Below are positions 56,761 to 64,000 of a stretch of 64,000 bases of DNA, piece after piece. Below the pieces are notes generated by a model. It worked only from the letters and a program-made list of their open reading frames with translations, was not told the DNA's origin and ran no database searches. The DNA comes from a bacterium (GTDB lineage Bacteria; RBG-13-61-14; DATKZS01). Where the stretch lies: positions 160,001 through 224,000 of the forward strand of contig CAXXFL010000003.1 in the NCBI GenBank assembly GCA_963674965.2. Direction: 5' to 3'. The position numbers and the translations under genes were made by a program. The first letter of the stretch is position 1, and every line of letters starts with the position of its first letter.

Positions 56761-59700
56761 TTACGTGACCGGCCTTTGCCCGCAAAAAGAACCCGGCTTT
56801 TGCCGACCCGGCCGGCGCGTCGCGACCTCGCGAGAGGACAAGTCGGAAGACGCAGGCAGAGGCTTTATCGAGTCGACCCTTAGCGCCACCGCGCCGTGGT
56901 CCTCCATGACCTCGCCGATAAGAAGGAAAGCCCGGTCACGCCTCAACAGGTGGCAGTAACGCTCGTAAGCGGCCGGAAAAAAAACGCTCTCGTAAATATC
57001 GGACTCGTCCTCGAAGCTCACGAACTCCATGGCGTCCCCCTCCCGGGTGATGGCCAGCTTGGAGGTCAGCGCCCATCCGATCATCATGGTCCTTTTGCCC
57101 ACCTTGCCGCGCATGAGCCTGGCCGGCGTGAGGGGAAGGCCGGCCGCGCTTTCCTTATAAAAGACCAGGGGATGGCGCGAGGCGAGAAGTCCCAGGGCCT
57201 CCCGCTCCTGGGCCAGCAAGGTCCGCTCGGGAAGCACGCCGGCGTTTCGCGGGGGCCTAAGCTCCGGCCTGAAAAGCCCCATCTGGGCGCCTCGGCGCGA
57301 GCGGGACCAGGCGTTCAGTACCCACATGGTCTCGGCGCGCTTTTCCCGTCCCGCGAGGGCGTCGAAACACCCGGCCTTGACCATGAGCCGCGCTCCCTCC
57401 GGGTCCGGGTCCAGGCGGTGGAGGAAATCCTGGAAGCTCTCGTAATCTCCCGCTCTTTCCCGCTCCTCCACCACGCGCTCCATCAGCTTTCGCGAAAGCC
57501 CCTTGATCTGCATCAGACCGATCCTGATGGCCCTTCCCTCCGGGACGTAGGCCTCCTTGCTTTTGTTGACGTCGGGAAGCAGCACCTTGAGACCCATGCG
57601 GCGGGCCTCGGATAAGTAGGCGAAGGCCGAGTAGTAGCCCCCCTGGTTCGAGATCACCGCCGCCATGAACTCGGCGGGGTGGTAAGTCTTAAGCCAGGCG
57701 CTTTTAAAGGACACCAGGGCGTAGCTGGCCGAATGGGGCTTGCAGAAGCTGTAGCCGGAAAAGCTCATGATCATGTCCCATATCCGCCCGACCATGTCCG
57801 GGGTAAGGCCCCGAGCGGCCGCGCCCGAGGAGAATTTCTCCCTTAGCTCCATCAGCCGCTTTCGCTTGTGCTTCTTGGAGATGACCTTGCGAAGCTCCGA
57901 GCCCTCCTCAACCGTGAACCCACCAAGCTCGACCGCCACCTTCATCACGTCCTCCTGGTAGACCATGATCCCGTAGGTCTCGGAAAGAAGCTCCGAAAGA
58001 CGGGGATGGATCGGGTCCCAGGCCGCCCCGTGAAGACGCTCGACGTAGGCGTTGATAAAGCGGTGCGCCGCCGGACGGATGATCGAGCTGTGTATCACCA
58101 CGTGCTCGAAGTCCCCCCTTTTCGCCTTCTCCTGGAGTTGGCGCGTGGCGGGCGACTCGATGTAGAAAACCCCCATGGTTCGGCCCGAGGCGATCCGGGC
58201 CATGGTCGCCCGGTCGTTAAGAGGATCGAGAGCGGAGTAGACCGTCTCATCCGGCCCCCCGCTCTTTCCCTCCTTGCGGTTGACCTGGGCCAGCCCGTCC
58301 CGGATGACCGCCAGGGACCGGTTGCCTAGAAGGTCCATTTTGATAAGGCCCGCGTCCTCGGTCTGGTCCTTTTCCCATTGGATCAGCCTCACGCCCTTGC
58401 TCGCCCGCTGGAGGGGAACGCGGTCCTTTAAATTCTCCGCTATCACCACGCCGCCGCAGTGGGTGGAAAGGCCGAAGGGAACGCCCGTCAGCCTGAGCGC
58501 CGTCTCCACGATCCCGTCCCAGGGAGGGTCGAAGTGAAGCCCTCGAAAACGGGCGTCGCGCCTCAGTTCCTCCACCGGGGCCAGGGCGTTGAAGTAGCCG
58601 CGCATCCGCTTGGTGACGACCGAGGTCTCGGGCTCGGGAACGCCCAGGGCCCGGGCCACCTCCCGGACCGCGGCCTTGCTCTTGAAGGTCAGGTGGTTGC
58701 AGACCATGGCCGAGCGCTCGGGACCGTACTTGTCGAAAACGTAATCAAGGACCCCGTCCCGCTCGTCCCATGGAAAATCCACGTCAATGTCGGGCGGGTC
58801 CTTCCTGCCCATCGAGAGGAAGCGCTCGAACATGAGGTCGTGCCTGACGGGATCGACGTGGGTGATGAAAAGACAATAGGCCACCGCGCTCGCCGCCGCG
58901 CTGCCCCGGCCGCAGGTGATCGGGAAACGGCGCGTCACGTCCTCGATAATAAGGAAGTACGACGAGAAGCCGCGGTCGCGGATGAGGCGAAGCTCCTTTC
59001 CAAGACGCTCGCGGACCCGCGGGGTAAGGCGCCCGTAGCGCCTGGCCGCGCCCGCCTTAACCTTGCGGCAAAGGGCCGAAAAGGCGTCCTCCCCGCTCAC
59101 GCGCTCGAAGTCGAATAAGACCACATCCCCCCAGGGTGGAGCGTCCATGACCGAGCGCTCGGAAATCTCGTCAAGGTTCCAAAGGGCCTCGGGCAGGGCG
59201 GCGTACCAGCTTCTAAACTCGGTGGGCGAGGGCATCCAGGCCGGGTCGGGCGCGAGCTGGCTTGGCTCGACCCTCGAGACCGAGGTCTTGAGTTCCATGG
59301 CCCGGAGCAGGACGTGGAGGTCCCTGTCCTCCCGGGTCCGGTAGTAGACGGGGTTGGCCGCCAGTGGTTTCAGCCCGAGCCGGCGGGCGATCCGGCCGGC
59401 GCGGTGGACCGAGCGGGGGTGGACCAGGAGGTAAGGGTCCATGCCGCCCTCCTTGAGATGGAGCGCCATGTCCGGCCGGTCGGTAAGCGCGCAAAGGCCC
59501 TCGCGGTTGGCGAGTATGGCCTCCCGAGCCGCGAAGCCGGCGTCCAGGTGGCGCGAGGTAAGGAGCCGGCAAAGGCTCGCCCAGCCCGCGTGGCCCCGGG
59601 CCAGGACCACGGCCCGGTCGCCTCCGGTTTCATCGGCCCCCTCGTCGCGGACCTCGGCCCCCAGGATGGGCCCGATCCCGGCGTCCTTGCAGAACTGGTG

Positions 59701-59844
59701 GAACCACACGGCCCCGTAAACCCCGTTAAGGTCGGTAAGGGCCAGCGCGGTCCACCCGAGTTGGGCCGCGGCAAAGACCATCTCCTCGAGCCTCATGGCC
59801 CCGCGATGGAAAGAGTAGCCCGTATGGGTCCAGATCAAAGCCAT
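56761..59844 (-). CDS. dnaE2: Error-prone DNA polymerase III alpha
   Basis: PHP (HTGYS, LTD), GRGSAA, PPDIDVDF, KMDLLG, YSFCKPHS; follows imuB. Confidence 0.9.
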   Translation of the reverse strand: MALIWTHTGYSFHRGAMRLEEMVFAAAQLGWTALALTDLNGVYGAVWFHQFCKDAGIGPILGAEVRDEGADETGGDRAVVLARGHAGWASLCRLLTSRHLDAGFAAREAILANREGLCALTDRPDMALHLKEGGMDPYLLVHPRSVHRAGRIARRLGLKPLAANPVYYRTREDRDLHVLLRAMELKTSVSRVEPSQLAPDPAWMPSPTEFRSWYAALPEALWNLDEISERSVMDAPPWGDVVLFDFERVSGEDAFSALCRKVKAGAARRYGRLTPRVRERLGKELRLIRDRGFSSYFLIIEDVTRRFPITCGRGSAAASAVAYCLFITHVDPVRHDLMFERFLSMGRKDPPDIDVDFPWDERDGVLDYVFDKYGPERSAMVCNHLTFKSKAAVREVARALGVPEPETSVVTKRMRGYFNALAPVEELRRDARFRGLHFDPPWDGIVETALRLTGVPFGLSTHCGGVVIAENLKDRVPLQRASKGVRLIQWEKDQTEDAGLIKMDLLGNRSLAVIRDGLAQVNRKEGKSGGPDETVYSALDPLNDRATMARIASGRTMGVFYIESPATRQLQEKAKRGDFEHVVIHSSIIRPAAHRFINAYVERLHGAAWDPIHPRLSELLSETYGIMVYQEDVMKVAVELGGFTVEEGSELRKVISKKHKRKRLMELREKFSSGAAARGLTPDMVGRIWDMIMSFSGYSFCKPHSASYALVSFKSAWLKTYHPAEFMAAVISNQGGYYSAFAYLSEARRMGLKVLLPDVNKSKEAYVPEGRAIRIGLMQIKGLSRKLMERVVEERERAGDYESFQDFLHRLDPDPEGARLMVKAGCFDALAGREKRAETMWVLNAWSRSRRGAQMGLFRPELRPPRNAGVLPERTLLAQEREALGLLASRHPLVFYKESAAGLPLTPARLMRGKVGKRTMMIGWALTSKLAITREGDAMEFVSFEDESDIYESVFFPAAYERYCHLLRRDRAFLLIGEVMEDHGAVALRVDSIKPLPASSDLSSREVATRRPGRQKPGSFCGQRPVT

Positions 59845-59850
59845 GACGCT

Positions 59851-61020
59851 TCACTGCGCCGGGGCGGCGGGGAGTCGTCCGGTCCCGTTTCGAAGGGCGG
59901 CGGCGCCGAACTTTTGCCTGATCTCGTCGATGGCGCGGTAGAGCCTTTCCTTGCTCTCGCGCTCGCCGAAGAGGTCGGGCTGGGCGTCGGGCGCGAGCCG
60001 TGAGGCCCGAAGGCCCAGGTAGGTGACCTGCACCCTCCGCGTCATGGCGGCCTCGAGCATCTCCACGGCGTGGGCATGGACCTCGCGGTCAAAGGCCGTG
60101 GGACGCTTGAGGGTCTTTCGCCTCACCACCCTCTTCCCGTCCCGATACACGAGAAGGAGGCGGATCACGGCGGCCGCCGTCTTGCGCTCCCGCGTCTTTC
60201 TGCCCAGCCTCTCGGAGAGTTGCCACAGTATCTCGCCGAGCTCGTCCCGGTCGTTGGTGGGCGCGACCAGGGTCTCGCCCAGGTCCAGCTCCGGCAGTGA
60301 CTCGGTGGGGGTCACGGGCGCCAGGTCGATCCCCCGCGAGGTCTGGTAGAGCCTGTACCCGCCCGAGCCGAAGGCGTCGACCAGCTCGGCCAGGCTGAAG
60401 CGCTGGAGGTCCCACATCCTGGACACGCCGACCTCCTCGAGGCGCGCGCGCAGCCAGGGCTCGCCCGCCAGCATGCGGCCAACCGGGAAAGGCCCCAGGA
60501 AACCGGCCTCCTCGAAGTGCATCACCTGGGCCAGGCCCTGGCCCTGAACCACGCTCGAGGCCGCCCGTCCGATCAGCTTCGAGCCGCCCACGCCCCCGCG
60601 GGAGACGAGACCGAAGCGGGAGTCGAGCTCGCGCATGGCCCCCGCCGCCGCGTCGAGGGGAGGTCCCAGTAGACGCGTCGAGCCCGTAAGGTCGAGGTAA
60701 TAGCCGCCGCCGGTCCGCTCGACCGCGGGGCTCCAGTTCGAGAGCGCCGAGTGGACCGCGCGGTCGGCCCGGTGGAAAAGATCGGGACGGGGCGTGAAGA
60801 ACTCGAGACGGCGGCACCGCCTCGAGGCCTCGGCCCGCGACATGCCCCGGCGGACCCCCTCCGAAACCGCGCGGGGATTGACCGATAAAAGCCTCGCGTC
60901 CAAAGACGACGAGCCCAGAAGAGCGGCCGGACGATCGGCAAACCCGGACTTTTTCCCCATCAATACCTGGAGAGGAAGAGCGGGCAAATGAACGTGAAGT
61001 ATTTCCCTTTCCATAACCAC
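59851..61020 (-). CDS. imuB: ImuB-like inactive Y-family polymerase
   Basis: DinB-like fold, but catalytic DMD and SxDE replaced (HLPAL, RTGGG); clamp motif QPDLF. Confidence 0.8.
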   Translation of the reverse strand: MVMEREILHVHLPALPLQVLMGKKSGFADRPAALLGSSSLDARLLSVNPRAVSEGVRRGMSRAEASRRCRRLEFFTPRPDLFHRADRAVHSALSNWSPAVERTGGGYYLDLTGSTRLLGPPLDAAAGAMRELDSRFGLVSRGGVGGSKLIGRAASSVVQGQGLAQVMHFEEAGFLGPFPVGRMLAGEPWLRARLEEVGVSRMWDLQRFSLAELVDAFGSGGYRLYQTSRGIDLAPVTPTESLPELDLGETLVAPTNDRDELGEILWQLSERLGRKTRERKTAAAVIRLLLVYRDGKRVVRRKTLKRPTAFDREVHAHAVEMLEAAMTRRVQVTYLGLRASRLAPDAQPDLFGERESKERLYRAIDEIRQKFGAAALRNGTGRLPAAPAQ

Positions 61021-61381
61021 GCCCCCGAGGGACGGCGAAAAAATCGGCGGCCGCCGCCCCCTTTGGACCCTTGTTAATTAATCGATCCCCCGAAAAAGGC
61101 GGAAGGGGAACTAAAGACCTTGCCGGAACCGAACGCGGCCTCGCCCCGGGCGCTAAAAGAGGTTGAAGCCGGCGCTCGAGGGCGCTCTCTGGAAAGGGGA
61201 GACGCGTTGGGTAACCTTTTAAACCGGGACCGCTGGACGCCGTCCAGGCGCTCGTCTTGGGTCATGGCCTCGAGGCCTTGGGCCGTCCGGCCGGTCCCGA
61301 ACGGCGTCCGCTTGAATCGGTCCGCCGCCCGGCGGCCCCGGCATGGTAAACTTGAGCCGGAAAACAAATCTCATCTTTTGC

Positions 61382-61567
61382 GAGCTTCTTGCAAAAGTCC
61401 TTTTCTTGGCGGCCTAGCCGCTTTGGAGCGCGGCCGCTTGAGACCGCTTTCGATGGCCTTGGCTTGACAAGGCCGGACAATACAACTGATTGCCTCGCGT
61501 CAAGCCGCTCGGAAGAAAAGCGGCGTCGAGCCGCCGCACTCCAAAACGGGACTTTTGCAAGAGGCTC
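61382..61567 (-). mobile_element. 186-bp MITE, copy 3
   Basis: Same TIRs; TSD TTGC; between lexA and imuB. Confidence 0.92.
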
Positions 61568-61673
61568 TTGCGTTTTCATCCCGCCGCCCGGCTTTGAGCT
61601 CCCGCGCCGGCCCGCTCGGCCCATCCCGCCGCGACGCGCTGATCCAGGGGCCCGAATCGGTCGGGCCGGGCGC

Positions 61674-62261
61674 TCAATACTTTCTGAAAAGGGCCACCAC
61701 CACCCCCACGACGCGGACCGATTCCTCGGGCGCCACGATGACCTCGAAGTCAGGGTTGGCCGGGATAAGCTCGATGTTCGGGCCCCGGCGGCGGAAACGC
61801 TTGACCGTGGCCTCGCCGTCCACCATGGCCACCACCACCTGGGAGTCGCGGGCCGCGGGCGTTTTGCGCACGACCACCACGTCGCCGTCCATGATGCCCT
61901 CGTCCCGCATGGACTCGCCCCTCACGCGCAGGGCGAAGTGCTCCTCGGGCGCGCCGAAGAAACCGGGCGGAAGGTCGATCTCGTCGGGGACCTCGTAGGA
62001 CTCGACGGGGTAGCCGGCGCGGACCTCGCCCAAAAGGGGAAGACGAAGGGGCCGGGCCACCAGCTCGATGGCCCGCTTCCGGTTACCCCACGGGGATTCT
62101 ATGTACCCACTCTCGGCCAGGCGCTTGAGGTGGTAATGGACCGTGTTGAGGGAGGCCAGACCCAGCCCGTCCTTTATCTCATGGTAGGAGGGCGAAGTCC
62201 CCCTTTCGCTCACGTATTGCTCGATCCATTCATAGACCCTTTTTTGTTTGGGCGTCAGCAT
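61674..62261 (-). CDS. lexA: LexA repressor
   Basis: PSYHEI..LAESGYI wHTH; AG cleavage site (VRAGYP); GESM; TVK. Confidence 0.93.
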   Translation of the reverse strand: MLTPKQKRVYEWIEQYVSERGTSPSYHEIKDGLGLASLNTVHYHLKRLAESGYIESPWGNRKRAIELVARPLRLPLLGEVRAGYPVESYEVPDEIDLPPGFFGAPEEHFALRVRGESMRDEGIMDGDVVVVRKTPAARDSQVVVAMVDGEATVKRFRRRGPNIELIPANPDFEVIVAPEESVRVVGVVVALFRKY

Positions 62262-62267
62262 GAAACC

Positions 62268-62296
62268 ATGGTACTAGAAAGTTTATGGAAAGTCAA
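62268..62296 (-). promoter_or_regulatory. lexA promoter (leaderless) with an overlapping direct-repeat operator candidate
   Basis: TTGACT-N17-TACCAT, 6 nt before ATG; ACTTTC repeated at an 11-bp period. Confidence 0.6.
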
Positions 62297-62382
62297 GAGA
62301 AAAAATCAATATCCGTCAAAACCATCAACATATCCAATACTTGTAAAACGACTTTTCGGACGGATAAAATCCGGGACGCCGA

Positions 62383-62847
62383 TCAGTCCTTGTGATAGGG
62401 ACCGCCGGCCAGGATATCGAAGGCCCGGTAGATTTGTTCGGCCAGGATGGCCCGAACCATCTCGTGGGGAAAGGTAAGGGCCGAAAGGGACAAGGCCGCG
62501 TCGGCGCGTTTATAGACCTTTTTCGCCATTCCGTCGGCCCCTCCGATGATAAAGCAAAGGTCTTGTCCCGCGTCCCGGCGCTCGCCCATCCAACGGGCGA
62601 ACTCTCTCGAGTCCATCATTCTTCCCGTCTCGGTCAGGGCGATGGAATAGGCGCGGGGGGGAAGGGCCGCGATTATACGGTCTCCCTCCTTGTCCCTGGC
62701 CGGGTCCGGGTCCTTGCCGCGCTTCACGGCCGGGACCTCGATCCAGTTCAGCTTCACGCCGGCGGGAAGTCGTCTCGAGTAATTTTCGACCAGTTCCTTG
62801 ACGGGCTTTTCCCGGAGCTTGCCCGCGGCGACGACGTCAATCCTCAT
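62383..62847 (-). CDS. rlmH: 23S rRNA pseudouridine-1915 methyltransferase
   Basis: FIIGGADG, LSLSALTFPHEMVR..EQIYRA..GPYHK. Confidence 0.95.
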   Translation of the reverse strand: MRIDVVAAGKLREKPVKELVENYSRRLPAGVKLNWIEVPAVKRGKDPDPARDKEGDRIIAALPPRAYSIALTETGRMMDSREFARWMGERRDAGQDLCFIIGGADGMAKKVYKRADAALSLSALTFPHEMVRAILAEQIYRAFDILAGGPYHKD

Positions 62848-62871
62848 CCCGGCCCCCGCTTAGCGGCCCCG

Positions 62872-63339
62872 TCAGTACTCAACCTTGTCCTCCTTTTCCG
62901 CCCAGGCCCGAAAGGCCCGGAGCGCCTCCTCCCTCAGCAGGCGGCGGGACGGCAGGGCCCTCTCCTCCTCGGGCAGCGAAACCTGCTCGTAGAAAAAGGC
63001 GTCGTCGAACCCGGCGGCGGCCGCGTCCTGCCGGGTGGCCGCGTAGTAGAGCGCGTCCAGCCTGGCCCAGTAAAGGGCGATGAGACACATGGGGCAGGGC
63101 TCGCAGCTCGAGTAGATTTCGCAGCCCTCCAGGGAATAAGTCCCCAGGCTCCGGCAGGCGTCGCGAATGGCCGAGACCTCGGCGTGAGCGGTGGGATCGT
63201 TGGTCGAGGTGACCCGGTTCCATCCTCGGCCCACGATTTTGCCGTCCTTTACGATCACGGCCCCGAAGGGACCGCCCTCCCCCGCCTCCATTTTCTCGAC
63301 GGCCAGGCTTATCGCTTCCCGCATGAAAGACTCGTCCAA
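62872..63339 (-). CDS. Nucleoside/guanine deaminase (GuaD-like)
   Basis: GGPFGAVI, DPTAHAE, SCEPCPMC, AGFDD. Confidence 0.9.
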   Translation of the reverse strand: MDESFMREAISLAVEKMEAGEGGPFGAVIVKDGKIVGRGWNRVTSTNDPTAHAEVSAIRDACRSLGTYSLEGCEIYSSCEPCPMCLIALYWARLDALYYAATRQDAAAAGFDDAFFYEQVSLPEEERALPSRRLLREEALRAFRAWAEKEDKVEY

Positions 63340-63350
63340 TGTTTCCCCCT

Positions 63351-64000
63351 TTACCGGCTTTTTCCAAGCTCGAGCCTGTAAACCATGGCGTTCATGACCG
63401 CCTCACGGCTTTTGCGCCTTGGCGAGAGCCAGTTATAATCGGTCACCCTGTATACCCAGGGGAAGTTTTTCTCCGGCGCCGCCATTATAACGACGCTCTC
63501 TTTCCTTCCCCCGACTTCCGCGGTCCCGGGAAAGGCCATGGTCTCGAAGCCGGACAGTTCCTCCATTCGCCTGTCCACCGGGTAGAGGCTGGACCATATG
63601 ATATATCTGACCCCCTTTTCCAGGTAGAGCCGCGGAACATAAGAAGCCCAGTCATCCTCCGGGAGCCTGGCCGAGGGGAATGTCTCTTTTTTCGCGTGAT
63701 ACTCGACCATGAACACGTCGTAGGCCAGGATGGCAAAATCTCCCTTTTTCTCGCCGACATACTTGATGGCCTTGTAATAACCGAGGTTCCTCTCGGCCTC
63801 CTCCCTTATCATGCCCGGCGCGAAGCCCAAAAAGTGGGACAGGCCGGCGAGAAGGCCAAGCAGCGGGACCAGAAGAAGGACCCGCGGGAAGGGACGGGCC
63901 CGGACTCCCGCGTGGTCCTTCAGGTTATTGAGCCTTCCCGCGAAGGCCTTGCTGACCGCCAACCAAGCCCCCACCCCGGCCGCCACCATGACGGCGGGCG
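63351..64000 (-). CDS. C-terminal part of a membrane protein (5' end outside window)
   Basis: Open frame running off the window edge, with hydrophobic helices followed by a soluble domain. Confidence 0.5.
   Translation of the reverse strand, partial: PAVMVAAGVGAWLAVSKAFAGRLNNLKDHAGVRARPFPRVLLLVPLLGLLAGLSHFLGFAPGMIREEAERNLGYYKAIKYVGEKKGDFAILAYDVFMVEYHAKKETFPSARLPEDDWASYVPRLYLEKGVRYIIWSSLYPVDRRMEELSGFETMAFPGTAEVGGRKESVVIMAAPEKNFPWVYRVTDYNWLSPRRKSREAVMNAMVYRLELGKSR

Overview
GC-rich bacterial chromosomal window. Gene content (NfnAB/NuoG-type Fe-S flavoproteins, DUF3365 haem-c kinase, NtrC-type regulator, FmdB zinc ribbon, lexA-imuB-dnaE2) suggests an anaerobic Deltaproteobacteria-like organism; this is an inference. 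It holds about 47 CDS, tRNA-Arg(ACG), a cobalamin riboswitch ahead of a btuFDC-type operon, an intact ISL3 (8-bp TSD), an intact IS110, an internally deleted IS1380, and three copies of a 186-bp MITE with 4-bp TSDs. Highlights: (1) a terminator-closed minus-strand unit, PqqD/RRE (35186-34917) -> 616-aa Cys-rich lipoprotein -> an unannotated 39-aa peptide (32902-32783). The peptide has a lasso-type YxxP leader but a core with no Asp/Glu/Cys, and no maturase lies nearby, so this is a candidate new RRE-dependent peptide/surface system. (2) A NuoG/StnC-like Fe-S protein fused in frame to NfnA, between a GltD-like tail and NfnB (possible Stn-Nfn hybrid). (3) An IS110 inserted into a Shine-Dalgarno sequence, whose upstream non-coding region has two parallel hairpins followed by target- and donor-matching segments (bridge RNA candidate). 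(4) A CIRCE operator on the FmdB gene. (5) A leaderless lexA promoter containing a direct-repeat candidate SOS box. All calls are from motif recognition by eye; no searches were run.
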